Source: Gammaproteobacteria bacterium (lineage in GTDB: Bacteria; Pseudomonadota; Gammaproteobacteria; Eutrophobiales; Eutrophobiaceae). Taken from it: 64,000 nucleotides of DNA. Shown here one piece after another: positions 9,545 through 19,233 of this stretch; within the stretch, counting starts at the first letter, position 1; every line of letters starts with the position of its first letter. The position numbers were made by a program, and so were the translations under genes. The stretch spans positions 4,128,001 to 4,192,000 of the forward strand of contig OZ220696.1 in NCBI GenBank assembly GCA_965116495.1, in the 5' to 3' direction. Under the pieces are notes generated by a model. It searched no databases, was not told the origin of the DNA, and worked only from the letters and a program-made list of their open reading frames with translations.

Positions 9545-10096
9545 TTAATCCGGTGAACTGATTTCATCCAACCTTAAACGGCAATAGTTGATTGCTCGCG
9601 TCACATACAAACGCACCATCCTCTCGGACAATTTCATGTTTTCCGCTATTTCCGCAAAGCCGTAATCGTGAATTTTATATAACAAAAACGCTTTACGACA
9701 TTTCGGCGGAAGCTCCTTTACGATACTGCTCAACATTTCAAGTTCCTGGTTCGCTATGGCATGTCTTTCGGAAGATGCATTATCGCCCTCCCGCAATCTT
9801 TCAAGTTGCCAGACCTTTCTGTACCTAGTCTCTCTCCTTAACCGATCAATCGCGAGGTTGGATGCAATCTTGAATAACAAGGCCGGCATGGAACTGTTGA
9901 CGGTAAATTTTTCCATCCCCAGGATGCGCAGGTAAGCTTCCTGGGCAACTTCCCTTGCGTCGTTCTCTGACTGCAATTTGTGTGACAGGTAACGAATCAA
10001 TGCATCGTTATACCCTTTGCACAGGTTGTCTACGAGTTCGGCATTGTCCGCCGTATACCGGATTTTGATCTTCTCGACCGATCCAGGTTTATTCAA
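9545..10096 (-). CDS. FecI-like ECF sigma-70 factor
   Basis: DAREVAQEAYLR, LFKIASNLAIDRLRR, LPPKCRKAFLL and HTH, upstream of the fecR-like gene. Confidence 0.93.
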   Translation of the reverse strand: MNKPGSVEKIKIRYTADNAELVDNLCKGYNDALIRYLSHKLQSENDAREVAQEAYLRILGMEKFTVNSSMPALLFKIASNLAIDRLRRETRYRKVWQLERLREGDNASSERHAIANQELEMLSSIVKELPPKCRKAFLLYKIHDYGFAEIAENMKLSERMVRLYVTRAINYCRLRLDEISSPD

Positions 10097-10148
10097 TGAT
10101 CCAGCCTCACGATATTGATGGATAAAAACCGTTCAAGTCCGGGTAGTA

Positions 10149-10175
10149 AACGAATAAGTGTAAATAAATTGAAAT
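10149..10175 (-). promoter_or_regulatory. Putative autoregulatory ECF promoter (ATTTCAAT-N14-TCGTT)
   Basis: Identical boxes and spacing to the motif upstream of the TBDR. Confidence 0.65.
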
Positions 10176-10204
10176 CTCGAATGACACAAGAGATACCATC
10201 ACTC

Positions 10205-10221
10205 GTGACTGTGACCTGCTT
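10205..10221 (+). repeat. 17-bp direct repeat GTGACTGTGACCTGCTT, right copy
   Basis: Identical to 2963-2979. Confidence 0.85.
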
Positions 10222-10305
10222 CGGCTGCCTCTCCGGCTTTCGTGGCGCAATCCGGAAATTATCAGTTACCCTGTGGTAGGATTAGATTGACATGGACGTT
10301 ACCCG

Positions 10306-10324
10306 GAGAATGATAATACTAATC
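10306..10324. promoter_or_regulatory. Possible Fur box upstream of the deacetylase gene
   Basis: GAGAATGATAATACTAATC matches 15/19 of GATAATGATAATCATTATC. TTGACA lies at 10287-10292. Confidence 0.4.
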
Positions 10325-10353
10325 TGAAAATTTACCCACGTAAGGAGTCAGAC

Positions 10354-11451
10354 ATGACAACAGGTTTTGTTTACCACGAATTGTATACCTGGCATGAGAA
10401 CGGCAACTTTGCCGGCTTCATGCCTTATGGGAACCCGGTACAGCCGTTTGTGCATTCGGAACACCAGGAAACCAAGCGGCGCATACGTAACCTGCTGGAT
10501 GTCAGCGGCCTGTTAGGTGAACTGGTTCACATCGAGCCCCGGGAGGCGGAGAAACAGGAGATATGCCGGTTTCATACCCCGGAGTATTACGAGAGGATCA
10601 AGGCACAGAATGACCTGTACCTGTCCGAAACGGGTTTTTATACCGCGATGGGGCGGGGCAGCTTCGAGATATGCCGCCTGGCCGCGGGCGGTGTGATCGA
10701 GGCGGTTGACGCGGTGCTGGACGGCAGGGTGGACAACGCCTATGCCCTGGTGCGGCCGCCGGGTCATCACGCCCTGGCCGATATGGGCATGGGGTTCTGT
10801 ATATTCGGCAATGCGGCCATTGCCGGGATGCACCTGCTTGAGGCGCGCAAGCTGGACCGAATCGCCCTTGTTGACTGGGATGTGCATCACGGCAACGGCA
10901 CCCAGGCCGCGTTCTGGGACAATCCTGCCGCGCTGACCATATCGGTACACCAGGATAACTGCTTCCCCCCGGATTCCGGTCATATCAGTGAAACGGGCGA
11001 GGGTGCCGGCGCGGGGTTTAACATCAACGTCCCGTTGCCGCCGGGTTCGGGTACCGGCGCCTACGGCGCGGTCTATGACCGGATAATCATCCCGGCGCTG
11101 CAGAAATTCAAACCGGATTTCATCATCATCCCGTCCGGATTTGACGCCGGCGCGCACGATCCCCTGGGCCGGCAGATGCTCACCAGCGAAGGTTTCCGTA
11201 ACCTGACCGCAAAAATGATGCAGGTCGCGGACGAAGTATGCGACGGCCGCCTGGTGCTGTGCCATGAAGGCGGGTACAGCGGTTACACGGTGCCGTTCTT
11301 CGGTCTTGCCGTGCTGGAGCAGCTATCCGGCATCCGCTCCGGGGTTGAGGATCCGTTTGATCCGATACTGGCGGGGCTGGGAGGCCACCCATTACAGCCC
11401 CACCAGGATGCGCTGATCAAACAGGTTGAGCCCCTCCTCGAAAGATTCTGA
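10354..11451 (+). CDS. Class II histone deacetylase-family amidohydrolase (HDAH-like)
   Basis: RPPGHHA, GFC, DWDVHHGNGTQ, SGFDA, DPLG, HEGGY. Confidence 0.95.
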   Translation: MTTGFVYHELYTWHENGNFAGFMPYGNPVQPFVHSEHQETKRRIRNLLDVSGLLGELVHIEPREAEKQEICRFHTPEYYERIKAQNDLYLSETGFYTAMGRGSFEICRLAAGGVIEAVDAVLDGRVDNAYALVRPPGHHALADMGMGFCIFGNAAIAGMHLLEARKLDRIALVDWDVHHGNGTQAAFWDNPAALTISVHQDNCFPPDSGHISETGEGAGAGFNINVPLPPGSGTGAYGAVYDRIIIPALQKFKPDFIIIPSGFDAGAHDPLGRQMLTSEGFRNLTAKMMQVADEVCDGRLVLCHEGGYSGYTVPFFGLAVLEQLSGIRSGVEDPFDPILAGLGGHPLQPHQDALIKQVEPLLERF

Positions 11452-11473
11452 AGCACAAGGCTGAACAGACATC

Positions 11474-12781
11474 ATGCCGGCGCCGCGTTTTACTTCTTTC
11501 CTGACGTCACTGATGGCGACCGCCGGTCTTGCTATCGGTATCGGCAATGTATGGCGTTTCCCCTACATGATGGGCAGCCATGGCGGCAGTGCGTTCCTGG
11601 TGCTGTTCATCGCCTGCGTCGTGTTTCTGTCCCTGCCTGCATTGACGGCGGAATGGGCGTTGGCAAGGCACACGCGGCAGGGTACTATCGGCGCCTTCAA
11701 GATGACGTTCGGCCCCGTGTACGGGCGCCTGGTCGGTTATGCCCTGTTACTTTGTGTCACCATTGCCGGGGGCTATTACCTGGTCGTCATCGGAAATGTT
11801 TTCTACAGTGGTTACTATTCGGCACTTCACGGGTTCAGTGCGGCAACGACTCCTGATTTCAAGGCGGGCCTGGGCAGCCACTCGCTGCAGTTGTGCCTGG
11901 CGCTGTTTGTCCTTCTCGTTTCCGCCTTCATCATACATCGCGGTGTCAGGAAAGGTATCCAGGCCGTCAGCAACCTGTTTGTCCCGTTTTTCTTCCTGGT
12001 CAGCTTTTATCTCGTCTACGAGGTAATGAGCCTGCCGGGCGCCACTTCACACCTGTCCGTATTCCTGCAGGTGGATTTCAGCAGGATAGGGTTTACCGAG
12101 GTATTTGCGGCCATGGGCCAGGCCTATTTTTCAATCGGGCTGGGCGCGACTCTCACGCTGATTTACGGCAGTTACCTGCGCGACGACATCAATCTGCCGA
12201 AGCTGTCCGTGATGACCTGTATCAGTGATACCGGCGCGGCGTTGCTGGCCGCGTTCTACCTTATTCCGGCCTTGCTCGTATTCGGCATGGACCTGACGGC
12301 AGGACCCACCCTGCTGTTTGAAACCCTGCCCGCCTTGTTCAGTATCATTCCCGGTGGCCGCTTATTCGGCAGTCTGATGCTGCTCTCCCTGTTTCTGGTG
12401 ACCTTGCTGTCCTACATTGCCGTGATTGAAGCAATAGTCGGCGGCCTGCTGGGTGATGCTGAAATTATCCGCTTCAGCAAGACCCGCCTGCTGATGATTT
12501 TAGTGCTGATACAAGCCCTGCTGGCAGTCTTCTTTACTGTTCGTCCAGAATTGATCGGGATAGCGGATTTACTTTTCGGTTCCGCCGGAATGATGCTCGG
12601 CGGCTGTCTTGCCCTGCTTGCGCTTGCATGGGGGATAGGCAGGGCAGACACGGTCAAACAGGTTTTTGGCGTTGAGTACAGGGTGTTGTCGTCGGTTTAC
12701 TTTTTCTGGATCAAGTGGGCGGCCCCGGCCATCCTTATCATTGTCCTGGGTGGAACTTTGTATGAAGCAATCTCAGGTTAG
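11474..12781 (+). CDS. Sodium-dependent transporter, NSS/SNF family
   Basis: GLAIGIGNVWRFPY, GGSAF, GQAYFSIGLG, YGSYL. Confidence 0.93.
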   Translation: MPAPRFTSFLTSLMATAGLAIGIGNVWRFPYMMGSHGGSAFLVLFIACVVFLSLPALTAEWALARHTRQGTIGAFKMTFGPVYGRLVGYALLLCVTIAGGYYLVVIGNVFYSGYYSALHGFSAATTPDFKAGLGSHSLQLCLALFVLLVSAFIIHRGVRKGIQAVSNLFVPFFFLVSFYLVYEVMSLPGATSHLSVFLQVDFSRIGFTEVFAAMGQAYFSIGLGATLTLIYGSYLRDDINLPKLSVMTCISDTGAALLAAFYLIPALLVFGMDLTAGPTLLFETLPALFSIIPGGRLFGSLMLLSLFLVTLLSYIAVIEAIVGGLLGDAEIIRFSKTRLLMILVLIQALLAVFFTVRPELIGIADLLFGSAGMMLGGCLALLALAWGIGRADTVKQVFGVEYRVLSSVYFFWIKWAAPAILIIVLGGTLYEAISG

Positions 12782-12831
12782 ACGGCAACTCTTGCTGGTA
12801 GATACGATGACGACAAGTGAACTGGTGGGTA

Positions 12832-14313
12832 ATGCAGACTAAGATCAAACTGGCAGCCAGCGTCATTCTCGCACGCGGTCCTGCCGATGACCCGGAAGTG
12901 TACCTGGCGCGGCGCGCCCCCGAACTCAAGTTCTTTGGCGGCTTCTGGGTATTCCCCGGCGGCAACGTCAGCCGGATCGATTACCTCTGGGAGAATGACC
13001 CGGAAGTTCTGGCGTTGCAGCGCTGTGCCGTACGGGAAATCCTGGAGGAAACGGACGTCCTGTGCGCTACACTGGGCAAGGAATACAGCCGGGAACAGAA
13101 GCAGGCATTAAAGCAGAAGATAAAGGATTCCCCGGAACAATGGCAGCAGTTCCTAGCGCAGTTCGATACCGGTTTTGCGCTGGTTACGCCGTTGTACCGC
13201 ATTACCACACCGCCGTTTTTCCCCGTTCGCTTCGATACCCAGTTCATGTACGTGCGCTGTCCGGAAAATGAAACGCCGGTCGTTGATAATTACGAACTGG
13301 TCGAAGGCCGGTTTGTCAAACCACGGGAGGTAGTAGACGCCTGGGACAGGGGAGAAATGGAAATCGCTCCGCCGGTGCTGTTCCTGTTGCGGCTCATGGT
13401 GACAGGGGGGCTGGAAGCATTCTTTGACCGGACCAGGCTTGAGACGGAACGCCTGGCACAGGGGGCATTGCATTCGGTTTATTTCTCGCCGGGTATCTTC
13501 ACTGCGCCGTTGTCAACCCCGACGCTGCCGCCGGCAACCACCACCAACACCATGATAGCGGGCGCCGATAAACTATATATCATCGATCCGGCCACCCCGG
13601 ACCCGGCGGAACAACAACGCCTGTTCGACAAGATGGATGAAATGATAGGTGAGGGTAAAGCATTCGAGGCCATCCTGTTGACGCACCACCACATCGACCA
13701 CGTCGGCGCCGTCAACGCCGTCAGCCGGCGTTACCGGTTGCCGGTCCGTGCCCACGGGGAAACATACCACCGGATTGACTCCGGATACATCAAAGGAAAA
13801 CCGTTAAAAGACGGCGATCGAGTGGAACTGGGCACCGCCCCCGATGGCACGGGCGACTGGCATCTCAAAGTGATACATACGCCCGGCCACGCGCTGGATC
13901 ACCTGTGTTATATCGACAGCCGTTATCACGCCGCGATAGTGGGCGACATGCTGTCTACCGTTTCCACCATCCTGATCGACCCGCCGGAGGGGCACCTGCG
14001 CACCTACCTGGACAACCTGAACAGGTTACTCAGCATTCCCATGCGGGCATTGTATCCCGCCCACGGCCCGCCCCACCGTGACGGCCACAGCCTGATCCGG
14101 TACTTTCTGGAACACAGACAAAAGCGTGAAAATGCCGTCAGGACCGCGCTGACCGCCGCGCCGCGCAGTATTGATAATTTACTGCCTGAAGTTTACGCCG
14201 ACGTATCTGAAAGCGTCTACCCGATCGCTGCCCGATCGCTGCTGGCCGGCCTGATAAAACTGGAGGAAGAAGGTTTTTGCCGGCGTCATGGCGTTGACTG
14301 GATGCTGGCCTGA
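12832..14313 (+). CDS. NUDIX hydrolase fused to LACTB2-like metallo-beta-lactamase
   Basis: N-terminal VFPGG...AVREILEET. C-terminal THHHIDH, TPGH, GD and PAHG, then a winged-helix tail. Confidence 0.88.
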   Translation: MQTKIKLAASVILARGPADDPEVYLARRAPELKFFGGFWVFPGGNVSRIDYLWENDPEVLALQRCAVREILEETDVLCATLGKEYSREQKQALKQKIKDSPEQWQQFLAQFDTGFALVTPLYRITTPPFFPVRFDTQFMYVRCPENETPVVDNYELVEGRFVKPREVVDAWDRGEMEIAPPVLFLLRLMVTGGLEAFFDRTRLETERLAQGALHSVYFSPGIFTAPLSTPTLPPATTTNTMIAGADKLYIIDPATPDPAEQQRLFDKMDEMIGEGKAFEAILLTHHHIDHVGAVNAVSRRYRLPVRAHGETYHRIDSGYIKGKPLKDGDRVELGTAPDGTGDWHLKVIHTPGHALDHLCYIDSRYHAAIVGDMLSTVSTILIDPPEGHLRTYLDNLNRLLSIPMRALYPAHGPPHRDGHSLIRYFLEHRQKRENAVRTALTAAPRSIDNLLPEVYADVSESVYPIAARSLLAGLIKLEEEGFCRRHGVDWMLA

Positions 14314-14387
14314 AAACCCGCATTGTGATTCCGTACTCACCCCGTTCCCGGTTTACCTGAATGCATGATCCTTCACGCACCCATGGG

Positions 14388-14696
14388 TTACATCAGTTGT
14401 TCTTCAATTTGTATGACAGGATCGATGTTGGTGAAGTTGGGAATGTCTCCCATGATCTCCTGCGCGTGTGCATCCAGCGCCTGTTGAAACGCCTCCACAC
14501 TATCGAACTTAAGGTTGGCGATGGTGACGTAAGTTTCAGCAGCGCCGCCCGCGCCGCTTAAACCCCGGTAAACTTCCATACCGCGCAGTCCATCGGCCCA
14601 TCTTTCCCCCACCAGGGGCATATGGGTGTTAAGGTAGTAGTCATAGTCAAAACTACCGCCGTCTTGTTTGGGGTACATCACGTTGACTCTAATCAT
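14388..14696 (-). CDS. EthD-family protein
   Basis: FDYDYYLNTHMPL, DIPNFT. Confidence 0.88.
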   Translation of the reverse strand: MIRVNVMYPKQDGGSFDYDYYLNTHMPLVGERWADGLRGMEVYRGLSGAGGAAETYVTIANLKFDSVEAFQQALDAHAQEIMGDIPNFTNIDPVIQIEEQLM

Positions 14697-14721
14697 TTTA
14701 TTTCTCCATTACTGTTATATG

Positions 14722-16293
14722 TTACAGGCTGTTTGCGACAAGGTATCCGGAACCGCCACCCAGGCCCGGACCGGGGTGGGTGGACGCGCCGATATGGTAC
14801 AGGTTTTTTACCGGGGTGGCGTGGTTTTTCAGCGCCCGCAACGGCCGCCACAGGAAGAACTGGTCCAGCGAACAGGCGCCACCGTAGGGGTCTCCTCCTA
14901 CAAGGTTGATGTTGATAGCCTCCAGGTCGGCAGGAGACAGTACCGTTCTTGCAATAATACTGTCTTTCAGGTTCGGAATATAGTGCGCCAGTCTGTCAAT
15001 GACCCTGTCGGCATAGGCCTCGCGTACCTCTTCGGTCCAGGCGCCATCTTCAGGTATACTGATTTCCCCGGCAGCGTCGCCCCTGATATGGCGCGGGCAC
15101 TCCTGTAACTGTATCCACAACAGGCCTTTTCCTGCAGGTACGCGGCTCGGGTCCAACGCCGCGGGCTGTCCGACAACGATGGTTGCCGCGCCCGGCAACA
15201 GCCCGCAGTTCGCCTCGTTAATCGAACTTGACACCGCGTCCACGCCGGCCGTGATATGGGTGATCGCTGTTTTTTCCAGCCCGGGCGCGCACCACCGGGG
15301 CGGTTCCGACAGGGCCAGGTGGATCTGCATGTCACCGTTGCCGTAGCGGTAGGCCCGGGTCTGCGCAGCCACCGTCTCCGGTACGTCAGCCGGGTCCAGC
15401 AGTTGTTCGTAGAGCTGGTTCGGAGTGACGCTGCAGATCACCTTGTCACTCCGGTACCCGGTCCCGTCGCGGGTTTTAACCCCTGTTGCCCGGCCGTTCT
15501 CAGTTACTACCTTTGTTACGTCCGCGTTTACCAGCAACTCACCGCCATTGGCTTCTATTACCTGCTGAAAGGCCCGCACGATATTGTAGTTCCCGCCCTT
15601 GACTACCGGGCAGCCCACCATCTCCAGGGTGAAGGCGATGACCCGGGCCATTTGTGCGGAAGCCGGCGCATCCGGACCGATCCCGGCATGGGACGGCCAG
15701 CCGGCCAGGCAGGCGCTGACGGCGCTGGAAGTAAAGGTGGTATCCAGCCAGGCGCGTGCGGTTTGCAGTGTATGACCAAAATACTGCGCCAGTCTGAAGG
15801 GGCCCATCTTGACCAGGGATGACAGGATGACCTTCAAAGTGGACCAGCGCCATAACTCGCTGCCCAGCAGGGTAAACGTCAGTCCCAGGGCCTGTTCCAG
15901 TTCCGCCATGGCCTCCCCATAGCGGTCACCGTCCCCGTTCGACTGGGCATTCATGTTATCGATGTTCTCATCCCGCGAATTCTTCAGGATAAAAGCAGTC
16001 CGGTCCGGTAACACCACTGCGGTGGGGCTGTCTGAATTACAGTATTCGAGACCGCATTTTTCCAGGTCGTCTTTCAACTCTGCATAACCCGGGGACGTCA
16101 CGAACAGGGGGTGCCAGCTGGATAACACGTCATGGATGAAGCCGGGGGCGGTGATCTCATCAGTGCGGATACAGCCGCCCGCACGATCATTGCGTTCCAG
16201 CACCAGTACTTTTTTACCCTTCCTGCTCAATAATGCCGCGCAGACCAGGGCGTTAATGCCGCTCCCTACGATGATGCAATCATACCGGTTCAT
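14722..16293 (-). CDS. Phytoene desaturase-like (PYROXD2-type) FAD oxidoreductase
   Basis: IVGSGIN Rossmann motif, ERNDRAGG, NLVGGDPYGG, STHPGPGLGG. Confidence 0.88.
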   Translation of the reverse strand: MNRYDCIIVGSGINALVCAALLSRKGKKVLVLERNDRAGGCIRTDEITAPGFIHDVLSSWHPLFVTSPGYAELKDDLEKCGLEYCNSDSPTAVVLPDRTAFILKNSRDENIDNMNAQSNGDGDRYGEAMAELEQALGLTFTLLGSELWRWSTLKVILSSLVKMGPFRLAQYFGHTLQTARAWLDTTFTSSAVSACLAGWPSHAGIGPDAPASAQMARVIAFTLEMVGCPVVKGGNYNIVRAFQQVIEANGGELLVNADVTKVVTENGRATGVKTRDGTGYRSDKVICSVTPNQLYEQLLDPADVPETVAAQTRAYRYGNGDMQIHLALSEPPRWCAPGLEKTAITHITAGVDAVSSSINEANCGLLPGAATIVVGQPAALDPSRVPAGKGLLWIQLQECPRHIRGDAAGEISIPEDGAWTEEVREAYADRVIDRLAHYIPNLKDSIIARTVLSPADLEAININLVGGDPYGGACSLDQFFLWRPLRALKNHATPVKNLYHIGASTHPGPGLGGGSGYLVANSL

Positions 16294-16563
16294 TTAGCTT
16301 CTCCATGGTATCCATGCCTGCCCCAGCCCGGGCAGTGCACGAAGAGTGTGGGTATAAACCTATTTGATTCAATCTGTTACAAATGAATTCAACAGGCGTC
16401 AGCCTGTGACTCATTGTACCCAGCCTGTGTTTGCTTTTCCACCATTGACGCGCTGTCGGGTCGATAAAGAGCGGCATTGCGCCCGTCTCCGGATTGAATA
16501 ACGCGCCATAGTAAGCTAGTTTGTAAGGTAGCTTTTTCGATAAATCAGCCGGGGGGACAAAGT

Positions 16564-17700
16564 ATGGCAGGTGTAAGCGGGGTAGCGGTTACAGATAACG
16601 CAACGCCAGGCAAAAGAAAAATTGTCGTTGCATTCACTCTCATCATTGTTCTGGCCTTTACTGCGTGGGTGACAATGTCTTTCTCCGCGCCGGCCAGGGT
16701 TATAAAACATAAAATTACCCTGGCGGCCATCGCCCTGGTCAAGTCACCCTGGGAGGAAAAGGCGGATGACTGGGAAAAGATGGCAGATGCACCCGTCGCC
16801 TTGCTGGAATCTGCCGGGACGGTAGTGGACGGCAGGATATACGTGTTTGGTGGTATCGAACGCCCCTCCCTTTTTAACCTGATAGGTGGTACTTCCATCC
16901 ATGTCTACGATCCAAAGACCGACAGCTGGACGCAGAATGCCGATATGCCCGCAGGCATTACCCATATCATGGCGGCCGTTGATGAACACAGGACATGGTT
17001 CGCGGGAGGCTGGCTGGGAAGCCGGTCAGGCGGGTTTGACGGTACACGGGACGTGTGGGTTTATGACACCGTCAACGATACCTGGCAGCAGGGCCCGCCG
17101 CTGCCGCGGGCGGTTGCTTCGGGCGCACTGGTTCGGCATGAGCGGAGACTGCATTTTTTCGGCGGATTTCTGGGTGAAGACGGCGAGCGCATGAGTGCCG
17201 GGCACTGGGTGCTGGATATGGATGGCGGCGCAACCTGGAAGCCGCTGGCGCCGTTGCCGGAACCGAGGGGCCATATTTCCGCCGTGACTCTGGACGACAG
17301 GATCTATGCTATCGGCGGCATGCACGGCCATCATGTAGATGCCCGCACCCTGACCTGGGTACATGTTTACGACCCGGCCGGTGACACCTGGACGGAACTG
17401 GCGCCATTACCAGGCCGGCGTTCCCACCTAGAATCCAGCACCTTTGTGGATAACGGCCGTATTTATGTGCTTGGCGGTAAAAACTACAGTGATCATCCGT
17501 TTTATCGTGAGCGCGGCCTGCCCTATGTGAACGCTTATGATCCGGATACCGATACCTGGTCCGCTCTGCCGGGACTTCCCAGGGGCTTGCTGGGGGCTGT
17601 GGCTGCGGTTGTCGATGATCATCTCTACCTGACCACCGGCAGTCTGATCAGCGTCTTCCACGGCCAGTCTGCAACCTGGCGGCGCCCTTGGAATCCTTAA
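16564..17700 (+). CDS. Membrane-anchored/secreted Kelch-repeat beta-propeller protein
   Basis: Six Kelch repeats (IYVFGG...YDPKTDSW), N-terminal hydrophobic helix. Confidence 0.9.
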   Translation: MAGVSGVAVTDNATPGKRKIVVAFTLIIVLAFTAWVTMSFSAPARVIKHKITLAAIALVKSPWEEKADDWEKMADAPVALLESAGTVVDGRIYVFGGIERPSLFNLIGGTSIHVYDPKTDSWTQNADMPAGITHIMAAVDEHRTWFAGGWLGSRSGGFDGTRDVWVYDTVNDTWQQGPPLPRAVASGALVRHERRLHFFGGFLGEDGERMSAGHWVLDMDGGATWKPLAPLPEPRGHISAVTLDDRIYAIGGMHGHHVDARTLTWVHVYDPAGDTWTELAPLPGRRSHLESSTFVDNGRIYVLGGKNYSDHPFYRERGLPYVNAYDPDTDTWSALPGLPRGLLGAVAAVVDDHLYLTTGSLISVFHGQSATWRRPWNP

Positions 17701-17712
17701 TCTACGGCACTC

Positions 17713-17867
17713 CCGTCATTCCGGCATTCCCCCGTCATTCCTGCGCAGCTTGTCCCTGCGAAAGCAGGGAGCAGGAACCCAGTAAAAACACGTCGCTTGC
17801 GACATTTTATGAAGTGTCCCTTCGGGACGGGTAAATCACTGGGTTCCTGCTTCCGCAGGAACGACGA
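17713..17867. repeat. REPIN-like inverted doublet with nested hairpin
   Basis: GTCATTCCTGCG...GCAGGAACCCAG paired with CTGGGTTCCTGCTTCCGCAGGAACGAC, between convergent genes. Confidence 0.8.
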
Positions 17868-17874
17868 ACTTTGC

Positions 17875-19068
17875 TTAATCATCGTTCCACGGCGCCCACA
17901 TCGCTTTCAGGTCGTCCCAGGAAGGTTCCTCCTCGCCACCGGGTTGAAAACGGCAGCCCTCGTGTTCATAAAACGGCCTGGTCCACGTGCCCCGTTCTAC
18001 CAGGGATTCGATGTTCCGGCGATAGATCTCGTCCACCTGTGCATGATGTTGCGGGTCCTGTTCCATCCAGAGATTTTTCGGGTGTATGGGTTTTTCATAC
18101 ATACGCTGGAATACTTCGGTGCGCAGGTCCTTAAGCCAGTTACTGTTCAGGTTCATCATGCGGAACTGGCGCAATGCCTCGATATCGATGGTGGCGCACA
18201 CCAGGGTGTTGTTGGCCGACGGGCTGTAGGACATGATCTCGCCGCGGTAATCGACGATATGGGCGTGTCCGCCGGTGATGTCTACGGGGTTTCTGGAGGT
18301 GGCCGACAGGTAAATCGGGCCGGCATTGGGGCACAGCATATACACGGAATTGAATTCCGCGTGGCCCCGGTTCTGGATCATCCATGAACCGCCCCCCGGG
18401 TAGCCGGAACCGGTCATGGGCATGGCCTCGCTGGGCCGGTATACCACTTCAGCGCCGTTGAAAGCCAGCGCCCGCACCGCTTCGGGGTATTCGCCGTCAC
18501 TGCAGCAGATAGTACCTATGTTGCCGATGTCAGCAGTCTTCAGCACGGGGTAGAAGGCGTCAATGTCGTCACCAAATGCTTCCACCCAGCGATCGTAGAC
18601 ATCGTGGGGAGTACAGGAACGTTCCCGGCACCAGATATGGTTTTTTGCCGCCTTGTGCACCATGTTTCCATTGGGATCGATAACAAACAAGGTGTTGAAG
18701 AACCGGTCGTCCATGATCTCGGGCCAGCGCGCCTTGCACTGGCCGATGATGTAGGTGTTATAGAGTTTGGCCAGACGTCCCAGCCATGCGGTTTCCTCAC
18801 CGGGGATATCGATGAACAACTCCTTTGCCGCCAGCACGTGGGGCAGGTCGAATATCTCATCGGTGAAGCCTGTCAGCGCGCCCTCCGCCAGTGCAATCAG
18901 TTTCACCGGCATATTGATATTCACCATGGAGACGGCCGCATGGATCGCCTCCTCGATGTTTTCCAGGTTGTGGCGGATATGTTTGCGGTCGGCTATCCCC
19001 GTGATCGTCGTGGACAGGCCGATGGCCATGTAGGGGGCGACGGGCTTGTTCTGTTGTTCAGTGGTCAT
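17875..19068 (-). CDS. Nitrilase-superfamily carbon-nitrogen hydrolase
   Basis: Catalytic triad contexts LAEG, AAKNH and TICCSDGEYPE. Confidence 0.88.
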   Translation of the reverse strand: MTTEQQNKPVAPYMAIGLSTTITGIADRKHIRHNLENIEEAIHAAVSMVNINMPVKLIALAEGALTGFTDEIFDLPHVLAAKELFIDIPGEETAWLGRLAKLYNTYIIGQCKARWPEIMDDRFFNTLFVIDPNGNMVHKAAKNHIWCRERSCTPHDVYDRWVEAFGDDIDAFYPVLKTADIGNIGTICCSDGEYPEAVRALAFNGAEVVYRPSEAMPMTGSGYPGGGSWMIQNRGHAEFNSVYMLCPNAGPIYLSATSRNPVDITGGHAHIVDYRGEIMSYSPSANNTLVCATIDIEALRQFRMMNLNSNWLKDLRTEVFQRMYEKPIHPKNLWMEQDPQHHAQVDEIYRRNIESLVERGTWTRPFYEHEGCRFQPGGEEEPSWDDLKAMWAPWNDD

Positions 19069-19118
19069 CTGGCGTCTCGAATTGGTGGCACAAGCTGGAG
19101 TCTAACAAGATCCGCACG

Positions 19119-19151
19119 AAAAAAAACACCGGTTGAGTACTCAACCGGTGT
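19119..19151 (-). terminator. Intrinsic terminator after the TBDR gene
   Basis: Perfect palindrome ACACCGGTTGAGTACTCAACCGGTGT followed by a T-run on the minus strand. Confidence 0.75.
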
Positions 19152-19233
19152 CGAAAAGGGAAGGACCCGCTTATCATCCGGGACGATTTCTTTCCGTCCT
19201 CTCTCCCCGTTACATATGAAATACCCTGTTGGA

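Noticed and set aside
14722-16293. Carotenoid or hopanoid biosynthesis role (crtI/hpnE)
   Set aside because: No crt/hpn neighbours, far from shc, and motifs fit the PYROXD2-like group
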